IMG/VR virus record: IMGVR_UViG_3300029288_004207
Coordinates: 1-64,000 of that record
Direction: 5' to 3' (one strand)
Origin: a virus
Lineage: Duplodnaviria > Caudoviricetes
Length of the DNA stretch: 64,000 nucleotides
The translations under genes and the position numbers were made by a program. Positions 1-8,817 of this stretch are shown here, in pieces. Position 1 is the first letter of the stretch. Each line of letters begins with the position of its first letter. The notes under the pieces are model-generated. The model saw only the letters and a list, made by a program, of their open reading frames with translations, did not search any database and was not told where the DNA came from.

Positions 1-130
1 CTAAGGTTTAGCCAGCCGCCGACTGAAGTAGGCAGGGTAATGCCCTTGAGGTCACAACCGCTAAGGTCTAGCCAGCCGCCGACTGAAGTAGGCAGGGTAA
101 TGCCCTTGAGGTCACAACCGCTAAGGTTTA
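1..130. repeat. 60-bp tandem repeat (2 copies plus partial), coding
   Basis: 1-60 and 61-120 differ at one base; each unit encodes one 20-aa repeat on the minus strand. Confidence 0.95.
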
Positions 131-485
131 AGGATGATTTAAAGATTAACCCTTTAGGTAAATTTCCTACTAGTAATCTGCGAGCCGATTCAACTTTAAT
201 TTTGTTGCCGTCAATAATGATACGTTCCCCACGAGTTTCGCAAAAGACAATATGTTTTCCTTTTTCAAGATAGCCGCCAGCCTCCGAGCCTTGCCCATGT
301 AGACCACCACCACAAACAGGGCGAGAGTTAAAATCTGGTGCGATAGTCCATTGTCCTATTGGCTTCCACTTAAAGCCTTTAGCATTACTTGATGGTGATA
401 AACCGCCGTCATTTTCACAGCGTATCATCCAGTTGCCCGTTTTGATTGCGTTCTGTATTGCCTTGTCAATTTGTACCTTGTTCAT
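1..485 (-). CDS. Repeat protein with 20-aa LRR-like units (LDLSGCDLKGITLPTSVGGW); 3' end runs off the window
   Basis: ATG at 485; my translation MNKVQIDKAIQNAIKTGNWMIRCE...GLIFKSSLNLSGCDLKGITLPTSVGGWLDL... is open to base 1. Absent from the ORF track because no stop lies in the window. Confidence 0.85.
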   Translation of the reverse strand, partial: MNKVQIDKAIQNAIKTGNWMIRCENDGGLSPSSNAKGFKWKPIGQWTIAPDFNSRPVCGGGLHGQGSEAGGYLEKGKHIVFCETRGERIIIDGNKIKVESARRLLVGNLPKGLIFKSSLNLSGCDLKGITLPTSVGGWLDLSGCDLKGITLPTSVGGWLNL

Positions 486-500
486 TTTATCCCCTTTCAA

Positions 501-695
501 TCAGCACGTTATTAGTGCTGTTAATCGCCCGTATTTTCTCTGGTTAAAAATCGCCTTTCTTTTAGCAATATTATATTTGGTTGCCCTAAAAGTTAGTTTA
601 CCATCTTTTATACCAGATAGTGCCTTAACCATGTTTTCTCTTAATAATTGTATTTGTGACATTTTAATTCCCTTCCTATACCCTCTTATATCCAA
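501..695 (-). CDS. Hypothetical basic protein
   Basis: ORF co-oriented with neighbours. Confidence 0.5.
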   Translation of the reverse strand: MDIRGYRKGIKMSQIQLLRENMVKALSGIKDGKLTFRATKYNIAKRKAIFNQRKYGRLTALITC

Positions 696-960
696 TATTT
701 ATCGTGCCTTGTAATTCAGGCATATCAAGCGGAGTAAATATTACAGGATTAGTTATCGGCGGGTTAGGGTTATTGTTTACATCTTTACCGTTGTTCATAC
801 GGCGAGTTAAATAATCGTTGTTGGCTTTTACATAACCGTAGTCATCATTGGTATCATCAAGGTCTATATTCTTGCCAACGGGTAGCCGGATGGTTAACCA
901 TTTAGTCTCGTAACCAAGATATGCGAAAGCGATTGTTAAAATAATGATTGTTGCTATCAT
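676..960 (-). CDS. Hypothetical protein with N-terminal TM helix
   Basis: MIATIIILTIAFAYLG; GAGG upstream. Confidence 0.7.
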   Translation of the reverse strand: MIATIIILTIAFAYLGYETKWLTIRLPVGKNIDLDDTNDDYGYVKANNDYLTRRMNNGKDVNNNPNPPITNPVIFTPLDMPELQGTINIGYKRV

Positions 961-1077
961 GTTAAACCTCTTTTATACTCAAGACTATATTATCTAATAA
1001 CCTTATGCTTGAATTTATCCGGTATAACTATGCCCTTGAGGTCACACCCTCTAAGGTTTAAGGATGATTTAAAGATT

Positions 1078-1403
1078 CGTAACTATCCCTTCATAACCCG
1101 TAATCTTTCCAATTTTTTTCTTCAAGTGTTCTGATTCTCCATGCTTTAAATATACTGATTAAGTTAGTTATCAAATAATGAAACGGGTAATATTCGTGTT
1201 CATAATCATCTGCAAAACAACCACAACGAGGGCAATATAAATCCGTATCACCTGAATCACCACAATCAGTACCAACATCCTCACTTGAGCCTATCCAACC
1301 ACATGCTTGACATTTACACTCGTACCATTCATCTGACTTTTTAACTATTTTCCCGAACATTTCTACCTCCTACGGGTTGTCATGGTATACTTACCTAAAG
1401 ATT
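1078..1403. mobile_element. Small single-gene insertion flanked by an 8-bp direct repeat TAAAGATT
   Basis: TAAAGATT at 1070-1077 and 1396-1403; the uninterrupted allele at 131-160 has one copy. Confidence 0.65.
1091..1360 (-). CDS. Small Zn-finger-like protein (CxxC...CxxC) inside the insertion
   Basis: CQAC and CPRC motifs; AGGAGG RBS. Confidence 0.75.
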   Translation of the reverse strand: MFGKIVKKSDEWYECKCQACGWIGSSEDVGTDCGDSGDTDLYCPRCGCFADDYEHEYYPFHYLITNLISIFKAWRIRTLEEKNWKDYGL

Positions 1404-2155
1404 AACCCTTTAGGTAAATTTCCTACTAGTAATCTGCGAGCCGATTCAACTTTAATTTTGTTGCCGTCAATAATGATACGTTCCCCACGAGTTTCGCAAA
1501 AGACAATATGTTTTCCTTTTTCAAGATAGCCGCCAGCCTCCGAGCCTTGCCCATGTAGACCACCACCACAAACAGGGCGAGAGTTAAAATCTGGTGCGAT
1601 AGTCCATTGTCCTATTGGCTTCCACTTAAAGCCTTTAGCATTACTTGATGGTGATAAACCGCCGTCATTTTCACAGCGTATCATCCAGTTGCCTGTTTTA
1701 ATTGCGTTTACAATTGCTTTGTCTAGCTGTGCTTTATTCATTATACCCTCCAATATTTACTTTATGTTATTTTTTCGCTTGGCATTTCAACTTATTATTC
1801 AATGGTTAAGTCTTACATTCTTTAATTTAGACTATAAGTAAACTCGTTATCCTTTAACTTTTTAAGTGCTGATAATCCTACCCATTTATTATCATACCAA
1901 AGTAGGTATTTAAAATAACTGGCACTAATCGGGAATGATAATCCTTGCATTTATTTTAATCCTTTCGTTTGGCATTTTAAGCATATCCCTTTATAAGATA
2001 GGGTACGTTCTTTACAGTGTTTACAGTATATCCATTTGTCATTATGCACGGTTATACCTCTTTATAGTTTGTTATAAAGATTTATGGCAATTTTGACAAC
2101 CTTGTGATATCCATTTTGTACAGGTATTCATTTTATCCCCTTTCGTTATTAAGAT

Positions 2156-2389
2156 TTATAGTGCAGATAAACCACGTTTTTGAAGTTCTGAATAAAGTAT
2201 ATCCATCCAATCATCCCATGTAATAACAACCCACGAGTTACCTATATTTGTTCCCCATCCGTCCTGCCATACACGAGGTGTTTCTTTTTTTGCAACCTCC
2301 CAAACTGATAAAAGATTGCTGTCAGTCCATGAGCGCACACGATTAAGCGCAACATTGAAAGCCTTTGTTTCTAGTGATAAAGTATCCAC
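2156..2389 (-). CDS. Hypothetical protein
   Basis: ORF with purine-rich RBS. Confidence 0.65.
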   Translation of the reverse strand: MDTLSLETKAFNVALNRVRSWTDSNLLSVWEVAKKETPRVWQDGWGTNIGNSWVVITWDDWMDILYSELQKRGLSAL

Positions 2390-2615
2390 ATTATCCCCTT
2401 TCTAATTATTACTAAACTGATATTTTGTTAGTGCTTCCATTTGGGATAAGCTTTTACGCTTAACTAAGGTATTATCAAGGTATTTCATAAAGGCATAGTT
2501 TTCTCCGTGTATTATCCATACTGGCAAGTTAAATACTTCCATTATTTTATATTCCTTTCTCTATACGTGCTAGTCACCTAGTCACGCTTACTATTTTATA
2601 GGGTTATGCCTCTTA

Positions 2616-2870
2616 TTACTCCCGATTGTTACCCATGAATATTTCAATATCACGGTATGTATATTTTATCCCTAGTGCTTTACATGTTGCCTGTATTGCC
2701 CTCCCATCCTTGTTAAAAGTTTTTGCTATAAAAGCCTTACGCATTTTACCTATTACTATAGGTACTTCTGATACAGGATAACAATATTCTGCCGGATACT
2801 TGGTTATGACTTCCGTTAATTTTTGCTCATAGATAGTCATAAACTTGTCAAAATTCGCTGTTGTTTCCAT
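2616..2870 (-). CDS. Hypothetical phage-type early protein
   Basis: ORF with GAAAGGA RBS. Confidence 0.75.
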   Translation of the reverse strand: METTANFDKFMTIYEQKLTEVITKYPAEYCYPVSEVPIVIGKMRKAFIAKTFNKDGRAIQATCKALGIKYTYRDIEIFMGNNRE

Positions 2871-2941
2871 TGTTTCAATTCCTTTCTAATTTAATCCCCT
2901 CATAGGTGATTACCTTAATAACCACCTATCAAGAGATTAGC

Positions 2942-3277
2942 TTATAGAAAGCCACCGGGCGGGGGATAATTTTCAGCTTCAATGTTTTCGATACTGTTTG
3001 AGACATCTGGTTGGATAACTGACCCAATATCAACCTCATCACCGTTTACATCTGCAAAACCGTAGGAAATAGGTTCACGGTTTCCATCTTCCGTTATCCA
3101 ACAGAGGTGAAGCCCCGATGGCTTTAGAGCCACGTTTATTAGCCTTATAGCCTTGTCCAACGGCTCAATCCCTGTAATTGGTCTGCAATTCTCACATAGT
3201 AAACCAAGCGGATAGACCGTCGGATTGTGTTCTGTTTCAAATTCGTTCTTACATTCAGCACAATTAGTTTTAAACAT
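2942..3277 (-). CDS. Hypothetical Zn-ribbon protein (probable start MFKTNCAEC)
   Basis: CxxC pairs; GGAG upstream of the ATG at 3277. Confidence 0.65.
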   Translation of the reverse strand: MFKTNCAECKNEFETEHNPTVYPLGLLCENCRPITGIEPLDKAIRLINVALKPSGLHLCWITEDGNREPISYGFADVNGDEVDIGSVIQPDVSNSIENIEAENYPPPGGFL

Positions 3278-3278
3278 G

Positions 3279-3536
3279 TTACTTACTCTCCACTCTGAAC
3301 ATAAGTGTTCTGCCTGAATCCTTGTAAAGTGCCAGTACGCAAGGTAATAGTTTGAAGAGTACAAATTCTAGGGATAACCCTAGAAAGTTCCACGTAAAGC
3401 CGGTGTAATCGTTTCTCATTGTTTTATCTCCTATCGGGTAAATATTTACTATCTCGTAACATAAAGGACACTGATAATATTTAGGCCATTCAAAATTGAA
3501 GTTCTCCATTTCACTATGACATTCAGGGCATTTCAT
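3279..3536 (-). CDS. Hypothetical Zn-ribbon protein
   Basis: MKCPEC...CPLC. Confidence 0.6.
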   Translation of the reverse strand: MKCPECHSEMENFNFEWPKYYQCPLCYEIVNIYPIGDKTMRNDYTGFTWNFLGLSLEFVLFKLLPCVLALYKDSGRTLMFRVESK

Positions 3537-3538
3537 AG

Positions 3539-3928
3539 TTAGTTTACCTCGGAAATTTTAAGCCTTAAAAGTAAGTCCATAAGTTGCTCGTGAATTTGGG
3601 GGTGAAATAGGTATTCATCAAACACCCGTTTCACTTTCTCGTATCTCTCTGGTGACTTTTCTTTTAAGAGATTACGACCCCATTCTACTAGTTCTTTTTC
3701 TGCTTCGATTTTAGCGTCAGTGATGGCACTCCAGTTAAACTTTTTATCAACTTCGATTAGTGCCTGTATTGATTTTCCCTTGTCTTTTACATCGTAAGCG
3801 GGGCCGACTTCCTTGATATACTGCGGGTAGACGTTATCATAATGCGCTTTAGTTGATATGTAGTTGAGTTGTGCCGGTGACATTCCCATCGCCGTTCGTA
3901 TTGCTTGTCTCATTTCTGTGTTATTCAT
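3539..3928 (-). CDS. Hypothetical protein
   Basis: ORF with AGGAGG RBS. Confidence 0.8.
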   Translation of the reverse strand: MNNTEMRQAIRTAMGMSPAQLNYISTKAHYDNVYPQYIKEVGPAYDVKDKGKSIQALIEVDKKFNWSAITDAKIEAEKELVEWGRNLLKEKSPERYEKVKRVFDEYLFHPQIHEQLMDLLLRLKISEVN

Positions 3929-3975
3929 CTTTCTTTTTCCTCCTGTTTATTTGTCTGACCTTATCAAGAGATTAA

Positions 3976-4116
3976 CTATTGATTTTCTTTGCGGTTAATA
4001 CACCATTCTAGGCGTGTACAGGAGTTATAACCTCTCCGATAATTACAATAGTAACTAAGATTCGTACATTTACCTGTGATTGGTCTTTTTACTGTTCCCC
4101 TTACTTTACGTGTCAT
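3976..4116 (-). CDS. 46-aa hypothetical protein (MTRKVRGTVKRPITGKC...)
   Basis: Own translation; GAAAGGGG RBS shared with neighbours. Confidence 0.55.
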   Translation of the reverse strand: MTRKVRGTVKRPITGKCTNLSYYCNYRRGYNSCTRLEWCINRKENQ

Positions 4117-4199
4117 TTGATTTTCCCCTTTCTAATTTAATCCCCTTTTATTTTATATCCTTAATAGATATTGAATAGACGTGTATTTATAATTGCTAT

Positions 4200-4385
4200 C
4201 TAAAGTACTTTAATAACTCCAGCATACTCTAATGCTTTTAAGAGGTTTAACATTCGGTCTGCTTCTTGCGTGTAGTTCCATTTAAATTTAGGGTTGGAGT
4301 TTATTATGAAACTAGCTAAACTCTCTTCCGCAGAGTTTACTGCGGTATCATCCTTAAGGACTTTTGCTAGGGTCGTTACATCCAT
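4200..4385 (-). CDS. Hypothetical protein, IR-bracketed
   Basis: ORF with RBS; arms at 4161-4185 and 4400-4424. Confidence 0.75.
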   Translation of the reverse strand: MDVTTLAKVLKDDTAVNSAEESLASFIINSNPKFKWNYTQEADRMLNLLKALEYAGVIKVL

Positions 4386-4465
4386 TATTACCCCTTTCCT
4401 ACACGTCTATTAAGTATCCATTAAGTGTTTAGCAAATGATGACTAGACAAGGACTAATTCTATTT

Positions 4466-4768
4466 TTACTTAATTGCTTTGATAAAGTATCTATCGGCAT
4501 GGTGGTTAGCTCCTTCATGCCGGTAAGCGATACAGGCGGCTATTGCTGAATCAACGGTAGAAAAAGATTCGGAACAACATCTGCCATCAACATAGGGATG
4601 ATATTCGTACTTGCGGGTATTAATTTTGGATGTCCCTGCGTTCCCTTCAAAAACATGAGGGTGAGATTGAACAATAGCATAAGAGAAAAACTCATGGATT
4701 TTTATTACTTCACCCCACGTATAAGGTTTACCCTCTTTTAGTTCCTGTAAATTTGTAGTAGTATTCAT
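4466..4768 (-). CDS. Hypothetical phage-type protein, IR-bracketed
   Basis: ORF; arms at 4427-4452 and 4784-4809. Confidence 0.8.
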   Translation of the reverse strand: MNTTTNLQELKEGKPYTWGEVIKIHEFFSYAIVQSHPHVFEGNAGTSKINTRKYEYHPYVDGRCCSESFSTVDSAIAACIAYRHEGANHHADRYFIKAIK

Positions 4769-4864
4769 TTATCCACTTTCCGCCCTTGCCTAGTAAACAG
4801 TTGCTAAACATTTTCATCTTATTTACCGGATAGTGCTAGATGGTGAGTTAGGAATTACAGAATT

Positions 4865-5239
4865 TTAACCGTAAATTACATCGCCATAAAGCGCACATTG
4901 TAACCATACATCGGCGGTTATGGCATCATCGTTTTCCGTTTGCCAGTCTGCAAAATGACTGGGATATTTTTTAGCCATAATGGATAACCCTTTTAAGCAT
5001 TTTTTATAATCAAGTATTACGTGTGCTTTTTCAGGCTCTTCCAGGCTAGAAAAAACGATTGCCCCGCCGTTAAATGGCATCTGACAATGAGGAAATTCTA
5101 ATTTGAGAGTATCGGCGGTTTTCCCTTCTGGATATATGTATTTTTCTATCATATACCAGTAGTTACTCCCGCCTTCAGTTGCATTAGTAAGTAAGTCCTC
5201 AATACGTTGGTCATTGACACTGATTCTAATTTTAGCCAT
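4865..5239 (-). CDS. Hypothetical phage-type protein (probable start MAKIRIS), IR-bracketed
   Basis: GGAG RBS before 5239; arms at 4822-4852 and 5261-5290. Confidence 0.8.
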   Translation of the reverse strand: MAKIRISVNDQRIEDLLTNATEGGSNYWYMIEKYIYPEGKTADTLKLEFPHCQMPFNGGAIVFSSLEEPEKAHVILDYKKCLKGLSIMAKKYPSHFADWQTENDDAITADVWLQCALYGDVIYG

Positions 5240-5339
5240 TGTAAATACTCCATATTCTAACCTACTCACCACCTAGAATTATCCGGTAAACTTATAGACT
5301 ATTTATATTGACGGATAGTGCCTAGATAGGAATTATTGA

Positions 5340-5537
5340 TTATTGGTAAATAATTGATACGTCTTTTTCCTTGAAATATTCTGACAATTCCAATTCAGGA
5401 AAATAGACTAAAATTGGATAGTTACTATTTATATCTATTTCAAGTACATTCCCCATTTTGCACTGGAATAATGTAGGGTTATGAGAATCAGGTGAATAAT
5501 TAATTCTAACGATATTCCCTTTTGATATAGTGTTCAT
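5340..5537 (-). CDS. Small beta-rich hypothetical protein, IR-bracketed
   Basis: ORF with RBS; arms at 5305-5331 and 5556-5582. Confidence 0.7.
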   Translation of the reverse strand: MNTISKGNIVRINYSPDSHNPTLFQCKMGNVLEIDINSNYPILVYFPELELSEYFKEKDVSIIYQ

Positions 5538-5553
5538 TGATAATTCCTTTCCT

Positions 5554-5845
5554 AGTCCTATCTAGGAATTATCCGTCAATATGTTTCCGGTTTAACATAG
5601 AGCCTGCAACTTGCGGACTCAAATAACCTAGATTGTTAAGTACTCACATAATGGTATAGAGTAGTATCATATTAAATATAGTCCTATTGTATCCAAATTG
5701 CAACACCTGCACTATAAAGATTTCATAAATTTTTCATAAAGATTTCTATATATAATATGTAAGCACTTACTAGTTTTTAATACTGAAAAACGGCATGTAT
5801 TTATCAGGTCTAAAAATAGCATGAGACACGCTATAATCAAAATTT
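5554..5845. repeat. 292-bp direct repeat, copy 1 (leftward promoter and leader region)
   Basis: Matches 10124-10415 (offset 4570); ends exactly at the ISL3 terminus. Confidence 0.95.
5675..5703 (-). promoter_or_regulatory. Sigma70-type promoter TTGCAA-N17-TATATT (second copy at 10245-10273)
   Basis: Consensus-like boxes with 17-bp spacer, facing the leftward operon. Confidence 0.55.
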
Positions 5846-5882
5846 GGCTTTCCGGCGAATAGCGTGTAACGTTCATTCAAAA

Positions 5883-7163
5883 CTATACCTCCCCTAACAT
5901 TTCGTTTAGTGTGGAAAAGCGGACGCCGTAATACTTAATTTCTCCCAGTGTAGTGAAGGGCGGTCGTACTTCCAATGACCTGTCAAAAACAGGGCGGTGA
6001 AATGTAGGCAAGTTAGAGTAAAGCAACTTTGCCCGTATCGCCTTGAACGAGTACCCCCTGCCTGTATGATTGGTTAGCTTCACAAGCCCTGCTATCGCCT
6101 CGGTATAGGCGTTGGTGATTGGATGCTCCCACCATGCGAATATCTCGGCTTTCCAGTTGCCCACAGCCGTTGTGAGAGGCTTAAAGGCGGGCTGTAGCTC
6201 GGTCGGGATGCTTGCCTTAAGGGTTTCATACCGCTCTATGGCTTCCTGCCTGTCCTTGACCATCCAGAGGTCACAGAAGTCCTCTTTGAACTGGTACGCC
6301 TTGCCAAGCATAGGGAACTGCCCTAACCATAGGTCAAGTATGAACTGGTCTTGTTCGTCAAGGTCGCTCCGGCGATGGAATAGGATATAGCGGTCACGCT
6401 TCAGTGTCCGGCGTTGACGCGCGGTAAGGTGTGCCCTGGTATCTTTTCTTACCGTGTCCATGCCCTGAATGGCTAACCGGATAACGTGAAAGCGGTCTAT
6501 AACGACTGTGGCTTGCGGTAGAATGTCATTCACAGCGTCTTTATATGGCTGCCACATGTCCATAGCCACAAGCTGTATTCGCTGGCGGTCGGGGAGCTGG
6601 TGAAGGTAACGGCTAACCACGTCTTTAGTCCTCGATGTCAGCATATCAATGACGGTATTTTTCTCTACGTTGGTCAGTATGCACCTTGCTTTTCTCACAA
6701 GGTGGACTTCATCTATCCCCAACCATCGGGGTGTCTCAAACTTGACCTCGCTATCCAGCCTAGCCACTTCTAAACCGAACAAGCGCCGGACTGTCCGCTC
6801 ATGGATTCCGGTATCATCGGCTACACTTACGAACGTGCGCTTCATGCTTTCCTTGCCGATATAGCCTAGTAACCGGAGCGTGGCTGCGTGGTTTTTGTCC
6901 ATGTCCGGTAGTGGCTGGAAACTGGTTTTACCACAAGCTCGACAGTAATAACGTTGCCGATGCACAATTAGCCCAACACGCTTGTTGTGAATAGGCAAGT
7001 CCATAAATCGTTGCCTCTTGATACCATGCCGGTATAGTTCCCCCACTACTCCGCATCGGATACAGGCTTGAGGCTCCGGCGTATACTTCGCATGGATAGC
7101 GTAGTCATACTCGCTCTCTTTGACTTCCAGCAGTTCCCAATCTGGTAGATTCAGTATGTTCAT
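5883..7163 (-). CDS. ISL3-family DDE transposase
   Basis: N-terminal CxxC Zn finger, GIDEVH, AMDMWQPY, IDRFHVI, TNAYTEAI motifs. Confidence 0.95.
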   Translation of the reverse strand: MNILNLPDWELLEVKESEYDYAIHAKYTPEPQACIRCGVVGELYRHGIKRQRFMDLPIHNKRVGLIVHRQRYYCRACGKTSFQPLPDMDKNHAATLRLLGYIGKESMKRTFVSVADDTGIHERTVRRLFGLEVARLDSEVKFETPRWLGIDEVHLVRKARCILTNVEKNTVIDMLTSRTKDVVSRYLHQLPDRQRIQLVAMDMWQPYKDAVNDILPQATVVIDRFHVIRLAIQGMDTVRKDTRAHLTARQRRTLKRDRYILFHRRSDLDEQDQFILDLWLGQFPMLGKAYQFKEDFCDLWMVKDRQEAIERYETLKASIPTELQPAFKPLTTAVGNWKAEIFAWWEHPITNAYTEAIAGLVKLTNHTGRGYSFKAIRAKLLYSNLPTFHRPVFDRSLEVRPPFTTLGEIKYYGVRFSTLNEMLGEV

Positions 7164-7251
7164 GCTAATTCCTTTTCAGCAAATACGTTCTTTATCCTGC
7201 CAGCACATACGCACCTAGCAAATACGTTGTTCATGTTTATACGCTTATGCT

Positions 7252-7512
7252 CTAGGGGTGTTCGGGGTCACCCTGCCCCTGAATGTTTACCTCGGCTACC
7301 AGATAGTCAGTCGGGGCAGTGGATATCAAGCTCCAATCGCCCCCGTGTTTGTGCCAGATATGCTCTTTGATATCTTCCCAATCCTCTTGTGAGTGTGTCC
7401 ACGTCTGCCCACAGCCTCGGCAGTAATGCCAGCAATGGAATATGCCTTGCTGGTCTGGATTGCGTAACGTGATTTTAGCCATTATCTGTCCCTCCGGTTT
7501 CGTATTCATCAT
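7252..7512 (-). CDS. ISL3 passenger; C2H2-like Zn-binding protein
   Basis: CRGC...HIWHKH. Confidence 0.65.
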   Translation of the reverse strand: MMNTKPEGQIMAKITLRNPDQQGIFHCWHYCRGCGQTWTHSQEDWEDIKEHIWHKHGGDWSLISTAPTDYLVAEVNIQGQGDPEHP

Positions 7513-7539
7513 CCCCGCAATTAGGGCAATATCGTATTC

Positions 7540-7752
7540 TCATCCCTTTGCCTCCCGCTTAGCTACTTGCCTTTTAGCCTCGTCTATTTGGTAAGGCTCT
7601 AGTTCAATCCAATGATTAGCTAATATCTTAAGGGCTTTAGTTTCATCTATCCCTAGTTGTAGTAATATCACCAAAAGACATTCTGTGCATATGTAAGAAC
7701 AGTTATAAGACCCGCATATAGTACAATCTGCTCCGGTATCATTTACACTCAT
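7540..7752 (-). CDS. ISL3 passenger; Cys-rich hypothetical protein
   Basis: CTIC...CTEC; GAGG RBS. Confidence 0.6.
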   Translation of the reverse strand: MSVNDTGADCTICGSYNCSYICTECLLVILLQLGIDETKALKILANHWIELEPYQIDEAKRQVAKREAKG

Positions 7753-7893
7753 TGTCTATTACCTCTAGTCCATTATGAACTTTGTTTAGCAAGGTGTAAT
7801 AGGTAGATTTCCACGGGTTATCCTGCCATAGTTCAGGGTGTTTAGCTTGTCTTTCGTGTTCTGATAGCAGTTTAGCTAGTGCCTCAACGTATT

Positions 7894-8154
7894 TCAAATC
7901 AACCCCCCTTTATAAAGCCCATTGGCACATTCTTTGATATAGTCCCTCGGTAATTCCCAAGTTATCCTATTAAATGGGTCATCAAATCGGCGAATCTTAA
8001 CACAAGGGATATTACCGCCAATACCATCCACTGCTAGCATATGGTAACCATCCCTATCTTTACCAAGGTATAGCCCTGTAAATTGGCGAGTACCATACCT
8101 GCCATAACCAGTAGAGCCGATAACCTTTTCTCCAACACAAATACGATGTGTCAT
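7894..8154 (-). CDS. ISL3 passenger; hypothetical protein
   Basis: ATGA overlap with upstream ORF. Confidence 0.65.
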   Translation of the reverse strand: MTHRICVGEKVIGSTGYGRYGTRQFTGLYLGKDRDGYHMLAVDGIGGNIPCVKIRRFDDPFNRITWELPRDYIKECANGLYKGGLI

Positions 8155-8372
8155 CGTGTCATCCTCACGGCTAGTATTTCAGCTCCACAAACTTTCATAT
8201 TCTGCCAACGTTCATAATTAGGCTGATGTATAGCCTGCGGGTGATTGCACTCTTGACATCCAAATTCCGGCTGGTTTCCACCAAGAGAATTATATTGACA
8301 CCGGCTACACTTTAAGTGATTGACAAACTGTTGGTCGGCAGGACAGGTGTCTAGAATACAAGTTAATTTCAT
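8151..8372 (-). CDS. ISL3 passenger; Cys-rich hypothetical protein
   Basis: First ORF after the internal promoter. Confidence 0.65.
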   Translation of the reverse strand: MKLTCILDTCPADQQFVNHLKCSRCQYNSLGGNQPEFGCQECNHPQAIHQPNYERWQNMKVCGAEILAVRMTR

Positions 8373-8407
8373 TTTCTCGCCCCCTGTTTCAACACTATCT
8401 GCCTATT

Positions 8408-8436
8408 ATTATACACACTACATGCCGAGATGTCAA
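8408..8436 (-). promoter_or_regulatory. Consensus sigma70 promoter TTGACA-N17-TATAAT inside the IS end
   Basis: Exact consensus; faces passengers and transposase. Confidence 0.85.
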
Positions 8437-8464
8437 TATCCTAACCCTTGCATTTTCAAACATT

Positions 8465-8725
8465 CTATTCTATACTATTTGCCGAATAGCCAATTTTTAC
8501 AATACAACCTAACCAGCCTTCTCTAATCACATAATCCAGTACTGTTCCCTCTCCAAAACCGTTAGTATTAGCTATAACTTTATCTCCAATTTTAGGCGGG
8601 AATTGTTCATTAGTCCACTTGCCTAATGGAGCAATACCGGATAGTACTAAATGTTGCTCACCAACAGCGAAAACTCCAACTTGTCTACCGTCTGGTAAAG
8701 TTTCAACATGATTAAGAGCTAACAT
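8465..8725 (-). pseudogene. Hypothetical protein truncated by ISL3 after ...CIVKI
   Basis: Last codons (GYSANSIE) lie inside the IS terminus. Confidence 0.7.
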
Positions 8726-8817
8726 ATTACCCCTTTCTTACACGTCTATTAAGTATCCATTAAGTGTTTATTAAACTTATGCTTACAAGTTAGATTCTGG
8801 CGTGGTTTACATTTATT

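Larger units (their letters stand above)
990..1753 (-). pseudogene. Paralog of the 1-485 gene, split by a 326-bp insertion
   Basis: 1396-1693 appears identical to 140-437; the continuation IFKSSLNLRGCDLKGIVIPDKFKHKVIR* lies at 1077-990. Confidence 0.8.
5846..8491 (-). mobile_element. ISL3-family element with passenger genes
   Basis: Terminal IRs GGCTTTCCGGCGAATAG (5846) and GGCTATTCGGCAAATAG (reverse complement ending 8491), 14/17 match; higher GC than flanks; interrupts the ORF at 8725. Confidence 0.8.

Noticed and set aside
1-130. 60-bp repeats as a CRISPR array
   Set aside because: No unique spacers; the unit is a multiple of 3 and encodes a protein repeat; no cas genes
1385-1395. GGTAAGT at the start of the insert (minus strand) as a splice donor; insert as a group I intron
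   Set aside because: Prokaryotic context; no P3/P7 core found; the 8-bp duplication fits a DNA insertion better
140-1753. Paralog pair as DGR template and variable repeats
   Set aside because: Core is identical, differences are not adenine-specific, and no reverse transcriptase is in the window
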